The translations under genes and the position numbers were made by a program. The notes under the pieces were generated by a model. That model was not told where the DNA came from. It saw only the letters and a program-made list of their open reading frames with translations, and ran no database searches. Positions 1 to 10,368 of a stretch of DNA of 64,000 nt are shown in pieces. Numbering within the stretch: the first letter of the stretch is position 1; the number at the start of each line of letters is the position of its first letter. This DNA comes from an uncultured delta proteobacterium (lineage in GTDB: Bacteria; Desulfobacterota; Binatia; UBA9968), in the NCBI GenBank assembly GCA_963755715.1, contig CAVWLW010000021.1, forward strand, positions 9,897-73,896, written 5' to 3'.

Positions 1-183
1 CGGGCGATGATCGAGGACACGGCAGGGCTCGGTTACGTCGTAAAAATAGGGACTCCGATTGGGAGCAACGATGGCAAAGTGAAGACGATCCACCGCGATC
101 AGATTGTTATAGAAGAAAACTACACGGATGCCTACGGTGGACAAAAAAAACGTGATGTCAGAATGAGACTCTCGACGGAGTAA
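1..183 (+). CDS. pilP: Type IV pilus assembly lipoprotein PilP, C-terminal part (truncated by window start)
   Basis: Frame 1 reads RAMIEDTAGLGYVVKIGTPIGSNDGKVKTI...EENYTD...* which fits the PilP C-terminal pattern (G-x-x-I-G-x-N-x-G); it ends 5 nt before pilQ. Confidence 0.8.
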   Translation, partial: RAMIEDTAGLGYVVKIGTPIGSNDGKVKTIHRDQIVIEENYTDAYGGQKKRDVRMRLSTE

Positions 184-188
184 AGACG

Positions 189-2192
189 ATGATAAAAACC
201 AGAAACTTTCTTATATTGCCTCCCGACAAGCTCCGCGAGAATTGCGCCAAGACGCTTTCAATGTTCGCTCTGCTTGGCTCGATTGTTGGAGCCCACGGCC
301 TAACCGGTTGTGCAAGCGGCAAGGAGACGGTCTTGCAACCTGACAGTCAAACGGCGAGCCCGGCTAAGCCCGCGCCGGCGAAGCCGCAAAGTTCCGGTGC
401 GCCAAGCCAAAGCTTACAAGAGTTGAGCGTACGCGAGGAGCAGGGCCAGACTACGTTGTTGGTGAAATTTGCTCAGCCTGTAACCCAGTACCGCCATTTC
501 ACACTCCCACAACCCGCGCGGATTGTACTGGATGTCCTCGACGCCAACAAAGTAACGGCGGCAGACGAAACCTACCGCATCGATACTAACTGGGTATCGG
601 CGTTACGATTAAACGCCAACGACAGCAATCTTCGTCTGGTTGCCGAAATATCCGCCGCGTCCGTTCCCGCCTACACGATCGTAGCGGAGGATGGTGGATT
701 GAAGATCGTTATCGGCGCCCGGGATCCAAACGCGACCGCGAGAAGAAATAGCTTACTCGTTGAAGGCGGCCGGCGGGTGGGTGCGCGTCAACTCGTGCCG
801 GCTACTGGCGCGGAAGCGCGAGCGTCATCAGGCGGCTTGGAGGATCGATCATCAAGTGAAAAAACCTACACGGGTCAAAAGATATCGCTGGACTTCAAAG
901 ACGCTGATATAAAAAACGTCTTTCGCTTGCTCGCGGAAGTGAGCGGGTTGAACATAGTGGTGACGAACGATGTAAACCGCCGGGTGACCGTGCGGCTCGT
1001 GGAAGTGCCATGGGATCAAGCGATGGACTTGATTATCACGACCAATGGCCTCGATAAGGAGCAGATCGGTAATGTGGTGCGCATCTCCACCGCGGGAACT
1101 TTAAAGACTGAAAAGGATGCTTTGGTAGCGGCGAAGAAATCAAAAGAGGACTTGGAACCATTACAGACGATCTATTTCAGCGTAAATTATGCAAGAGCCA
1201 AAGACCTTGAAAGCAAGGTTCGGCCGTTAATGAGTAAACGGTCTGATAACGCGCTCGTCACCGATGACCGTAGCAACACGATAATGGTTCGCGATATTCA
1301 GAAAAGCGTCGAAGACGTCGCTTCTTTGATTACGAAGCTCGACGCGAGAACGCCCCAAGTTCTCATTGAGTCGAATATTATTGAGACAAACCCGACCTTC
1401 GCAAGAGCCTTGGGAACAAAGTTCAATTTCACCAGAGGAGGCGCGACAATTACGAGTGACTTCACCCCAGGTGGCGGCACAGCGGCTGCAGGCGTGGCGC
1501 CGATAGTCTCGGTTTTTCAGAATAGGGTCGGAGGTCTGACAGATCTCAATGTGACGTTAACCGCGGCAGAGAACGAAGGACTGGTAAAGGTGATATCGAG
1601 ACCCTCTGTTGCGACTCTCAACAATGTGGAGTCGACAATACAGGCCTTGCGGATTCTCCGAATTGCTCTACCCTCGTCGACGAATATCGCGAGCGGAAGC
1701 GGTGCGGCGGCGGGCACGGCTGTGGCTACGGAACAAATTCCAACCGGCATCACTCTTACGGTAACACCCCAAGTGTCTTCCGATGGGTTTATTCTGATGA
1801 AAATCGGCGTGAAATCCAGCTCTGTTGCACCGACAGCGAGTCCTTCATCTGGAATCGGCTCTTCGGGAGTAATACCTTTCGACGAGATTAGTAGACAAGC
1901 GATCGCCAACGTCCTGGTCAGAGATGGGGAAACTATCGTCGTTGGCGGCATTCTAAAAGATACCAATTCGACTAACGAAGCGGGCATTCCTTGGATTAAA
2001 GAGGTTCCCGTATTCGGCTGGCTATTTAAGACCATCTCGTGGCAAAAACAATTTGAAGAGATGATGGTTTTCATCACTCCACGGATTGCTTCGGCCGGCT
2101 CTGCGGATATGCCTACCGCCGAGGAGCTTTGGCGCGATCAAATGAAAAAAACTAGTGGGAATCAACCGGCGAGTTCTCAAAGCAGTCCTTAG
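189..2192 (+). CDS. pilQ: Type IV pilus secretin PilQ (AMIN, N-domains, secretin)
   Basis: YTGQKISLDFKDADIKNVFRLLAEVSGLN, VPWDQA, QVLIE, GITLTVTPQV, GIPWIKEVPVFGWLFK secretin motifs; lipobox-like LTGC; pilP-pilQ-aro synteny. Confidence 0.95.
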   Translation: MIKTRNFLILPPDKLRENCAKTLSMFALLGSIVGAHGLTGCASGKETVLQPDSQTASPAKPAPAKPQSSGAPSQSLQELSVREEQGQTTLLVKFAQPVTQYRHFTLPQPARIVLDVLDANKVTAADETYRIDTNWVSALRLNANDSNLRLVAEISAASVPAYTIVAEDGGLKIVIGARDPNATARRNSLLVEGGRRVGARQLVPATGAEARASSGGLEDRSSSEKTYTGQKISLDFKDADIKNVFRLLAEVSGLNIVVTNDVNRRVTVRLVEVPWDQAMDLIITTNGLDKEQIGNVVRISTAGTLKTEKDALVAAKKSKEDLEPLQTIYFSVNYARAKDLESKVRPLMSKRSDNALVTDDRSNTIMVRDIQKSVEDVASLITKLDARTPQVLIESNIIETNPTFARALGTKFNFTRGGATITSDFTPGGGTAAAGVAPIVSVFQNRVGGLTDLNVTLTAAENEGLVKVISRPSVATLNNVESTIQALRILRIALPSSTNIASGSGAAAGTAVATEQIPTGITLTVTPQVSSDGFILMKIGVKSSSVAPTASPSSGIGSSGVIPFDEISRQAIANVLVRDGETIVVGGILKDTNSTNEAGIPWIKEVPVFGWLFKTISWQKQFEEMMVFITPRIASAGSADMPTAEELWRDQMKKTSGNQPASSQSSP

Positions 2193-2301
2193 CTCATCGT
2201 AAAGGTGAGTCGGCGCGTCCTTGCGACGGGGTCATGAATTTGCCGGCGTCGATTGGCCATAGTGTCGTCGGTTCCTCGCAGCGCAATAAGAAAGACATTA
2301 A

Positions 2302-2673
2302 ATGCCGCGACCGAGGCCTAGGAAGATACTAATCGCCGGCTTTTGTTTTTTCGCGTTAATTCCATCGGTTAATTCACTGGCGTTCGCGCCAGCCGAGTTT
2401 CGATCTTTCCAGACAGCGCAAGTTTCTGTCTTTAGTTCTTGGCGTCCGTATAGCAATCCGGATCGTTTGATTTCTGTTGGCATGAATAAAGGCGAAGTAC
2501 TTGCTATCGCGGGCAAGCCTGATCATGAAGAATCCTATTATCAGGGGGGCGGCGGCCGGCTTATCAGAATCTCTGATTGGTGCTATATTCGCTCCGGTTT
2601 CGACGCTCAGACGACGATATTGAAATTTGCTCAAGAGAGCTTGGTAAGTATCACTTCGACATCAACTCGTTAG
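2302..2673 (+). CDS. Small exported protein, SmpA/BamE- or DUF2845-like fold
   Basis: Signal-like N-terminus; ISVGMNKGEVLAIAGKP...W-x-Y...LKF pattern. Confidence 0.5.
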   Translation: MPRPRPRKILIAGFCFFALIPSVNSLAFAPAEFRSFQTAQVSVFSSWRPYSNPDRLISVGMNKGEVLAIAGKPDHEESYYQGGGGRLIRISDWCYIRSGFDAQTTILKFAQESLVSITSTSTR

Positions 2674-2787
2674 TAACCGATCCGATTCCGCGTTTGCCGT
2701 CCTCGAGTGTCGCTCAGCGCCGAGCTTGACTTGAAAGGATCCGGCTCTCTCTGTAGTCTAAGCTGAACTGATTAGGACAACTACGAA

Positions 2788-3986
2788 ATGTTGCGCTACT
2801 TCACGGCTGGGGAGTCCCACGGCCCCTGTTTGACGATGATCATCGACGGCGTGCCGGCGGGATTTGCCATTCAAATCGACAAAATCAATCACGATCTTTG
2901 GCGCCGTCAGCAAGGTTACGGCCGTGGCGGGCGCATGCTTATCGAGAAAGATGAGGCACAGGTTCGTTCCGGGATTCGCTGGGGCGAAACCATTGGTGCC
3001 CCGGTCGCTTTGGGAATCGAGAACCGTGACTGGAAAAACTGGACAAAGAAAATGTCCGCCTCTGCCTGAAGATCGCGATGATAAAATCGCCGTCACCAAA
3101 CCGCGTCCGGGACATGCCGACTTGAATGGCGCGCTCAAGTACGACCGTCGGGACGTTCGCGATATCCTGGAACGCGCTAGTGCGCGGGAAACGGTGGCGC
3201 GCACCGCCGTCGGGTCTTTTGCCAAACAACTGCTGGCGCCGTTCGGCGTTCGCGTCATGGGTTACATTCGCTCCATCGGCAACGTCGCGGCGAATTTGCA
3301 AGATCTTACTTTCGATGAAATCTACGCGCGTTCGGAAGAGTCGGCGGTTCGAACCGCCGATCCCGCAGCCGAAGAAAAGATGATCGCCTTGATCGAAGAG
3401 TGCAAGAAAGAAGGCAACACGCTCGGCGGTATCTTCGAAGTTGTCGTGCTCGGTTTGCCGCCCGGATTGGGTTCGCACACACAATGGGATCGCAAACTCG
3501 ACGGACGCTTGGCCCAAGCGCTGATGAGCATTCAAGCGATGAAAGGCGTCGAGATCGGTCTCGGCTTCGAGATGGCGCGGCGCCGCGGTTCGCAAGTGCA
3601 TGACGAAATTTTTTTCGATCCGACCAAGGATGTCACGGAAGGCACACCAAGAATCGTGCCCACGGGGTTTTATCGGGGTAGCAACAATTCCGGCGGCACC
3701 GAGGGCGGCATGACGAACGGCGCCCCGCTCATTGCCCGGGTCGCCATGAAGCCGATCTCGACTCTCATGAGTCCGTTACAGTCGGTGGATTTACGGACCA
3801 AGCAGCCTACCGATGCGTCCGTCGAGCGGTCCGATGTTTGCGCCGCTCCAGCCGCCGCCGTCGTCGGCGAATCCGTAGTCGCATTCGAGGTCGCCAAGGC
3901 ATTTTCTGGAAAAATTCGGCGGCGACTCCTTGCGCGAAATCCGGCGCAACTATGAGCATTATTTAGAACAAATCAAAAATTATTAA
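2788..3986 (+). CDS. aroC: Chorismate synthase, interrupted by two +1 frameshifts (about 3060 and 3902)
   Basis: [45 protein letters not shown] and ERSDVCA motifs lie across two ORFs; the tail [16 protein letters not shown]...* lies in a third frame ending at 3986. Confidence 0.93.
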
Positions 3987-3990
3987 GCCG

Positions 3991-4545
3991 TTGTCGAAAA
4001 CGCCGGTTCAAAACATCGCACTGATCGGCTTCATGGCCGTCGGAAAGAGTGCCATCGGGCGGAACTTAGCGAAGAGGCTGCATCGGCGCTTTGTCGATCT
4101 CGACGCGCTGATTGAGAAAACCGAAGGGATGAAGGTGCGGGAAATCTTCGCACAAAAAGGCGAGAACTATTTTCGCCAACTGGAAAAGCGCGTGCTCGAC
4201 GACGTATTGCGCCGGGAAGGGCAAGTTATCGCCACCGGCGGCGGCGTTGTGATGGACGATGAGAATCTCCATTGGCTGCGCGCGAGAGCATTGCTTGTCG
4301 GCCTGACCGCGTCGATCGATATTTTGTTGACCAGGGCCGGCACGGGAGCTAAACGCCCGTTGCTCCAGGGAGTCAATCGCAAAGAGCGCATCGAGACCTT
4401 GTTAAAGGAGCGCGAGCCGAGGTATGCACAAGCTCATGTGATCATCGACACGAGTGATTTAGTCATTGATCAAGTGGTGGGAAAAATCGTGGAAGCTCTC
4501 GGTTTAGAAAAAGAGCCACATGCAGACTCTAATCGTCAATCTTAG
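3991..4545 (+). CDS. aroK: Shikimate kinase
   Basis: P-loop GFMAVGKS, GENYFR, VIATGGG, RPLL, REPRY. Confidence 0.95.
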   Translation: MSKTPVQNIALIGFMAVGKSAIGRNLAKRLHRRFVDLDALIEKTEGMKVREIFAQKGENYFRQLEKRVLDDVLRREGQVIATGGGVVMDDENLHWLRARALLVGLTASIDILLTRAGTGAKRPLLQGVNRKERIETLLKEREPRYAQAHVIIDTSDLVIDQVVGKIVEALGLEKEPHADSNRQS

Positions 4546-5596
4546 CGACCGTTCGTATCCGATTCACGTCGGCGCCGAAATCATCGAGCGCGCCGGCCAA
4601 CTGATGCAGCAGGCGGGATTGCTCGGCAAGGTGGCCATCGTTACCAATCCCACGGTGGCGCAACTCTATCTCGACCCGATCCATGGAGCTTTGAGTCAAG
4701 CCGGATTCGAAACGACGCCGGTCCTCCTGCCGGACGGCGAGGAGCACAAAACTCTCAAATCACTCTCGACCATTTACGATCGTTTAGTTGCCGAACGATT
4801 CGAACGAAAGTCTTGCGTGCTGGCGCTCGGTGGCGGCGTGATCGGCGATCTCGCCGGCTTCGCCGCGGCGACTTATCTGCGCGGCATTCCTTATGTGCAA
4901 GTGCCGACGACTCTGCTCGCCCAGGTTGATTCCAGCGTCGGTGGCAAGACCGGCGTCAATCACGATGCAGGTAAGAATCTGATCGGTGCTTTTTACCAGC
5001 CTAAATTGGTTTTGATCGATGTCGCGGCTTTGCGTTCGCTGCCGCGCCGAGAGCTCGTCGCCGGTCTCGCTGAAGTGATTAAATACGGTGTTATCTGCGA
5101 CCGCTACTTGTTTGAGTTGCTCGAGCAAAATTTGGAAAAAATCCTCGCCCTGGACCGCGAGCTGCTCACCCAGATCATCGTCCGATCCTGTGAAAATAAA
5201 GTCCGCGTCGTCGAGGCCGACGAGCGCGAGGACGACTACCGGGCCGTGCTCAACTTTGGCCACACGATCGGTCACGCTTTAGAGGCCGCGACCGGCTACC
5301 GCCAATTTCTGCATGGAGAAGCGGTGGGCATCGGCATGGTAAAAGCAGCTGCGCTTTCTGTGCAGCAGGGTTTTTGTGACCCGAAGAGCTTTGAGCGGAT
5401 TACCAGGCTGATCAAAAAGGCAGGCCTGCCGACCGAGTTTCCTCCCGGTATGTCGGTGTCAAGTTTGGTTCAAGGCATGGAGGTCGACAAAAAAGCGACA
5501 GCCGGGCAGATCAAGTTTGTCATCTCGGAAGGTCTCGGCAAGACGCGTTTTCATTGGCTTGCGCCTGGCGAGATTTTAGACGCACTGGGTGGCTAG
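4520..5596 (+). CDS. aroB: 3-dehydroquinate synthase
   Basis: [43 protein letters not shown]. Confidence 0.97.
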   Translation: MQTLIVNLSDRSYPIHVGAEIIERAGQLMQQAGLLGKVAIVTNPTVAQLYLDPIHGALSQAGFETTPVLLPDGEEHKTLKSLSTIYDRLVAERFERKSCVLALGGGVIGDLAGFAAATYLRGIPYVQVPTTLLAQVDSSVGGKTGVNHDAGKNLIGAFYQPKLVLIDVAALRSLPRRELVAGLAEVIKYGVICDRYLFELLEQNLEKILALDRELLTQIIVRSCENKVRVVEADEREDDYRAVLNFGHTIGHALEAATGYRQFLHGEAVGIGMVKAAALSVQQGFCDPKSFERITRLIKKAGLPTEFPPGMSVSSLVQGMEVDKKATAGQIKFVISEGLGKTRFHWLAPGEILDALGG

Positions 5597-5622
5597 TTTT
5601 TTCTGCCTGCAAAGGATTTTTC

Positions 5623-6066
5623 ATGGCGAAGAAAAAAATCCTCGTGCTGAACGGTCCCAATCTAAATCTTTTGGGCAAACGCCAGCCGGAGATTTACGGG
5701 ACGTTGACGCTGGCACAAATCGAGCAGAGGATTCGCGCGCTTGCCAAGGAGCTCGGCATCGAAATCGAGGTGCGCCAGTCCAACAGCGAGGGCGAGCTGG
5801 TCACCTGGATCCAAGAAGCCGCGAATAAGTTCGGCGCAATCGTGATCAATCCTGCCGCGTACACTCATACGAGCTTGGCGATGCGCGATGCGGTTTCAGC
5901 GGTCGGCATCCCCACCGTGGAGATTCACATTTCCAATATTCACAAGCGTGAGCCGTTCCGCCACCACTCCTTTATCGCCGAAGTTGCGGTTGGGCAAATT
6001 GCTGGATTTGGGGTGGACAGTTATCTGTTGGGGCTTCGCGCCGCGGCCGATTTAATCCAAGAATAG
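5623..6066 (+). CDS. aroQ: Type II 3-dehydroquinate dehydratase
   Basis: [43 protein letters not shown]; start moved to the ATG at 5623. Confidence 0.96.
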   Translation: MAKKKILVLNGPNLNLLGKRQPEIYGTLTLAQIEQRIRALAKELGIEIEVRQSNSEGELVTWIQEAANKFGAIVINPAAYTHTSLAMRDAVSAVGIPTVEIHISNIHKREPFRHHSFIAEVAVGQIAGFGVDSYLLGLRAAADLIQE

Positions 6067-6790
6067 CGAGCCGATCTCGAAATTTTTTGCTTTCATTTCC
6101 TCGATGAGTTGCTGGCGCTCGTTCTCAGCTTGTGTTATCCGAGCTCGCATATCGCTCAGCTCCTTCTCCCTTTCGGTATAAGGGGGTGGCGGATCAATCG
6201 AAAAAGGGTGGCGTCTGAGACGCGCTGCCAGTGGGCAGTCCTTGCGCCTTATATTGAGCGTCGCGTAGACGCGACATCAAGTCGGCCTGCTGGCCTTTAT
6301 ATGCTTCTTCGGTGGTAAAGAAACTTGGCTCGGGGCCCTTGGTTCCGCGCGTAATCCAGGAGTACCGATCGCGTAATTCTTTGATCTCTGCGGTAAGCCC
6401 CTTCACTTTATCCTCATACGCTTTTTGTTCCTCAGCTCTTTTCTTGGCTAGCTGTCCGTCTCCCGCAGATACCGAAGGCGGTTTTACTTCTGGGGCTTTG
6501 GTCGGTCTCGGCGGCGGCTCCGGTGCGACCGTCGTGGGAGCCTGATTCACACTGAGACTAGGCGAGCCGAGCCGGTCACCTTCTTCGGCGCGGCGAATGG
6601 TTTGAACTTGGTCCTTACTTATAGCGATCTCGCCGCCGAGGCCGGAAAATTTGATCATTGAACCGTCGTCGCGATAACTCTGAACATGGATTTGCCGGCC
6701 ATTTTTCAAGACCAGCAGGTATTGTGCTTGCGCCACACCTGCCCAGCTTATGACTCCCACAAGCATGACGATAAAATGCGGTCTAAACAT
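6052..6790 (-). CDS. Exported hypothetical protein (beta N-domain, Pro-rich linker, coiled coil), +1 frameshift near 6203
   Basis: Signal peptide ending [12 protein letters not shown] start motif. Removing one T from the T5 run continues [22 protein letters not shown]...LFLD* to 6052. Confidence 0.6.
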
Positions 6791-6903
6791 GGAGCCGATT
6801 ATAGCACGCGGAGGTGGTCGTTGGTATCTCGGAATTTTGGCAATGTGCGGCTCTTTTACGCTTAGTTCAATCATGCTAGCGTTTGCATGTCGGCGAGGTC
6901 GTC

Positions 6904-8154
6904 ATGAACCTGTTTCGATTGTCGCTCGTTGTTTTTTGCGTGTTTCTTTTTGCCGTCAGCTTGGACAGTGTCGGCTTTGCCGAGCCCAAGGTGCAAATCC
7001 TCTCACCCAAGGATGGCAGCCGCATCACCCAGGATCAGAAATCAATTTTTGTCAGCGGAAAAGTCGCGCGCGAGGCCGGTCGATCCGAAAGGGTCGACAT
7101 TTTCCTCGTCATCGATATTTCCGGCAGCACCGCATTGTATGCCGGCGCGGATTTGGGCGAGGCCGATCAACCGCCGGAAACTTCCGGATTTCCCATGCCG
7201 CAGATCTCGATCGGCGGCATGAGTCTCGGCAGGCCCCCGCTACGAAACCCGCGCAACTCGATCCTCGCCGCCGAAGTCGCCGCGGCGCGGCGATTGCTTC
7301 TTCAACTCAATCGCGACACGACCCGGGTCGGTGTATTGACCTTCAGCGAAAACGCAAGATTGCTCCAACCACTGACCCAAGATTTCGATCAGGTGCGCCG
7401 CATTTTAACCGAGGTGCTGCGTGCGGGTCCTTACGGCGGCACCAACATGGTCGAAGGTATACGCATGGGGATCACCGAATTAATGGGATTGGGAACCAGC
7501 GAAAAGCGAACCGATGCGATCAAAGTGCAGTTTCTGCTGACCGACGGATTTCCATCATTGCCGATCGGCGGCGGTAAAAGAATGGCCCCCGAAGACATAG
7601 ATTTAACGATCAACGCGGCGCGACTGTCCGGCAAAGCGGGTATCAAGGTTCATGTATTCGCTCTCGGCGACGAAGCTCTTTCCTATCCGCGCGCGGCGAT
7701 GGGGATCGCCAAAGAAAGCGGCGGCACTTATACGCCGGTGATGCGTCCGGCGGACGCGCTGGCGGTGCTCGAAAATATCTCCGTCGTTGGTGTTGATTAT
7801 GTGCAAGTTGTCAATCAGACGATCGGGCAAAAGGCGACGCAGCTGCGGCTTGCCGCCGACGGATTTTTTTCCTCGGCGGTGCCGGTAGCGGAAGGTCGAA
7901 ATCAGATTGATGTCTTGGCGCGCGCCAGCGACGGCACCAATAGCCGCGAGTCGATCACGGTTTACTACCAGCCCGGAACGCAAAAATCTTTGGAGTTGGA
8001 AGTATTCCTGGAAAAAGAAAAAAACCTCCAACTGGAGGTTGACCGGCTCGGAAAAAGCTCAGCGGAAATCCAGCGCGAAGTCGAGCACAATCGTGAAGAT
8101 ACCCTCAGGCGGCCACAACAACTGCCGCCGCCGAGCGATGGACCGCCGAGATGA
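6904..8154 (+). CDS. Secreted von Willebrand factor A domain protein with Ig-like flanks
   Basis: Signal peptide; intact MIDAS residues (DISGST, GGTN, LTDG); ILSPKDG...VSGKV and EGRNQIDVLA Ig-like segments. Confidence 0.85.
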   Translation: MNLFRLSLVVFCVFLFAVSLDSVGFAEPKVQILSPKDGSRITQDQKSIFVSGKVAREAGRSERVDIFLVIDISGSTALYAGADLGEADQPPETSGFPMPQISIGGMSLGRPPLRNPRNSILAAEVAAARRLLLQLNRDTTRVGVLTFSENARLLQPLTQDFDQVRRILTEVLRAGPYGGTNMVEGIRMGITELMGLGTSEKRTDAIKVQFLLTDGFPSLPIGGGKRMAPEDIDLTINAARLSGKAGIKVHVFALGDEALSYPRAAMGIAKESGGTYTPVMRPADALAVLENISVVGVDYVQVVNQTIGQKATQLRLAADGFFSSAVPVAEGRNQIDVLARASDGTNSRESITVYYQPGTQKSLELEVFLEKEKNLQLEVDRLGKSSAEIQREVEHNREDTLRRPQQLPPPSDGPPR

Positions 8155-8186
8155 GAGGATTGGTTTGAATCTCGACGCGGTGCAGG

Positions 8187-8612
8187 CTAGCGAACTTTTC
8201 TTTCCGCCTCCGCCGCGATGGCGATCTCCGAAGCGCCGGCGCGCTTGATGATCGACATCACTTTCACTGTGTCTCCCAATAAAACATCCTTATCGCCGCG
8301 GAGAATCACGGTCTTGTCGGTGCGCGTGTTCAAGGCGTCCTGCAGGGTTTTTTCCAAAGCTTCTTCTTTGACGACTTTTTGATCGACAAAAATTTCATGC
8401 TTGGGTGTGATCGTCACGGTCGTGCCGCGCGATTCCGACTGGGTGGCGACGGCTTTCGGCAGGTTTATTTTGCCGCCTGACTCGATCATCGCCGAGCTCG
8501 TGATCATGAAAATGATCAGCAACACGAGAAAGATATCGGTCAACGGCGTGATATTGATCTCCGCGACGATTTCAGAACTGTCGTCGTTGCCGCCGAGCGG
8601 GGTGATCGCCAT
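8187..8612 (-). CDS. exbD: ExbD/TolR biopolymer transport protein
   Basis: EINITPLTDIFLVLLIIFMI (conserved TM Asp), INLPKA, VILRGDK. Confidence 0.92.
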   Translation of the reverse strand: MAITPLGGNDDSSEIVAEINITPLTDIFLVLLIIFMITSSAMIESGGKINLPKAVATQSESRGTTVTITPKHEIFVDQKVVKEEALEKTLQDALNTRTDKTVILRGDKDVLLGDTVKVMSIIKRAGASEIAIAAEAERKVR

Positions 8613-8620
8613 GGAATTCC

Positions 8621-9247
8621 TCAGACGCTCATGTTCTGGACGATTTTGCCGACTTGAATGCGAAACAAGCCGTTGAGCGTCGAAATGCGCGTTTGAAAGT
8701 AGTTGTAAAAGATAACCGCGATGATCGCGACGGCCAATCCGAGCGCCGTCGCGACCAGCGCCTCGGAAATACCCGCTGCGACGACGGCGAAACCGCCGGT
8801 GCCGGCGATCGCCATGCTTTCGAACGATTTAATAATGCCGACAACGGTTCCGAGCAGGCCGATGAACGGCGCGCTGCTGGCGACCGTGCCGAGGATCCAG
8901 AGATGTTTTTTCAGCTTCTGGTTTTCCTCGAACATCGCTTCGGCGGCGATGCTGTTGGCGACTTCCAGGCGGGCGCTCGCATCGCGTTCCAAGATGTTCA
9001 GAAATATGCGGCCCGCCGGCGAGTGCGAGTTTTGCTTGCAGATCGCAATGGCCAGATCTCTTTGTCCTTTCTTAATCGGTTCGAGAATCGATTCCGTCAC
9101 TCTCAGGGTGATCGCGCCAATATTTCTGAGCGACCATAAACGCTCAAACACGACCGCGACGCTGACGATCGACAGAAGAATCAATGGATAGGTGGCGATG
9201 GCGCCCTTGTGAATAATATCGATGAGATCGAGACCTTGCGGTTGCAT
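8621..9247 (-). CDS. exbB: ExbB/TolQ/MotA proton-channel protein
   Basis: APFIGLLGTVVGII, GISEALVATALGLAVAI, FYNYF. Confidence 0.92.
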   Translation of the reverse strand: MQPQGLDLIDIIHKGAIATYPLILLSIVSVAVVFERLWSLRNIGAITLRVTESILEPIKKGQRDLAIAICKQNSHSPAGRIFLNILERDASARLEVANSIAAEAMFEENQKLKKHLWILGTVASSAPFIGLLGTVVGIIKSFESMAIAGTGGFAVVAAGISEALVATALGLAVAIIAVIFYNYFQTRISTLNGLFRIQVGKIVQNMSV

Positions 9248-9287
9248 GACACGTCCTTCGTGCAGTTCGGATGATGATTACCTTAAA

Positions 9288-9302
9288 TGAAAATTATTGC
9301 AA
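9288..9302. promoter_or_regulatory. Possible Fur-box-like site upstream of exbB
   Basis: TGAAAAT-T-ATTGCAA matches 10 of 14 positions of the 7-1-7 TGATAAT-N-ATTATCA consensus, in an AT-rich gap. Confidence 0.3.
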
Positions 9303-9341
9303 TGAAACCGGATGCGGGTTTGTGATTCGCTATGAGGCTGC

Positions 9342-10367
9342 TTAGCCGCGCACGCCTATGGTGACGGTGAACTGCATGCGCAACGGAGTGTTGGCGAGAT
9401 CTTTCAAGCTTTCCGGGATCGGCGGAAAAGGCGCGGCGCGCTTCATCGCTTCCACCGCGCTCGCGTTCAGTCTTGCATCGGTCGAGTCTAGAACTTCAGA
9501 GCGCACAAGTCGGCCGGCTTTATCGAGTGTAAATAGCAGCGCAACTTTTTGTACTCCGGCGACGCCGTCGGGATATTTCCAGACTGACTCGACGCGTTTC
9601 TTCAGTTGACTGAGATATTGATTGTAATCGGCGCTCGACAAGCCCTTCAACCCGGTCGTGCTGCCGCCGCCGCTGCCCGCGCCCGTGCCGTTTCCCGCCA
9701 AGCCGCTTCCGCTCGGACTTCCGCCGGGGACGCCGTAAGGACCCGACCCCGTGCCAGTCCCTTTGAGCGCGCCGGGAATTTGCGCGCCTTCTTTCAGCCC
9801 TTTGATGCCGGGTCCTTCGCCGGCGCCTTTGAGCGCAGCCAGAGTTTTTTGATTAGCTTCGAGATCGGCAGCGCTGCTTCCCGGTAGATGAGTCGGACTC
9901 TCTTTTGTCGGCAAGCGAACTAACGAGTCCACCGACGTCTCTTTCACGTTCACCGACTCGGAGTGTTGATCAGCGGCCAAAACTTTTGGACCGGGCAATG
10001 TCACCGGCTTGGGCGCGGGAGCGGCTTCAACCGGGCTGCTGCTCGGAACTGAAGTTTCGCTTGAACCGCTGTCCAATTTGCCGCTTCGTTGGGTCGGTGG
10101 CGTCGGTGTACCGAGCTTCGGCATGGTACGCGGCCCGCCGGGACCACTCCCCGCACCGATGCTCTTGTTTGAAGATCCGCCATCGCGAATTTCCAGCAAC
10201 TGCACCGAAATCGGCGTGTCCTCGGTCTTGGCGACCGGCAAGGTTACGGCGCGCAGCGCCAGCAAGAAGAGCATCGTGTGAAAGAGCACGGAGGGGATTA
10301 GAAAAGGGCTGCGCAAGAGCGAAACAAGACCTGCGTCGCCCCAATCAGAGGAAGTCGGCTCGACCAT
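9342..10367 (-). CDS. TonB/TolA-family energy transducer (TM anchor, Pro/Gly-rich linker, TonB_C domain)
   Basis: TM motif SVLFH (S-x3-H); low-complexity Gly/Pro linker; YLSQLKKRVESVWKYP...LNASAVEAMKRAAPFPPIP. Confidence 0.88.
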   Translation of the reverse strand: MVEPTSSDWGDAGLVSLLRSPFLIPSVLFHTMLFLLALRAVTLPVAKTEDTPISVQLLEIRDGGSSNKSIGAGSGPGGPRTMPKLGTPTPPTQRSGKLDSGSSETSVPSSSPVEAAPAPKPVTLPGPKVLAADQHSESVNVKETSVDSLVRLPTKESPTHLPGSSAADLEANQKTLAALKGAGEGPGIKGLKEGAQIPGALKGTGTGSGPYGVPGGSPSGSGLAGNGTGAGSGGGSTTGLKGLSSADYNQYLSQLKKRVESVWKYPDGVAGVQKVALLFTLDKAGRLVRSEVLDSTDARLNASAVEAMKRAAPFPPIPESLKDLANTPLRMQFTVTIGVRG

Positions 10368-10368
10368 T

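Noticed and set aside
189-2673. pilQ region appears more AT-rich, suggesting horizontal acquisition
   Set aside because: Impression only and not computed; pilP-pilQ-aro synteny is the usual arrangement and no mobility genes or boundaries are visible.
2788-3986. aroC (and nuoG, nuoH, mpg) as true pseudogenes or programmed frameshifts
   Set aside because: All breaks are +1 with intact motifs on both sides, and no shared slippery sequence is evident; sequencing error is more parsimonious.
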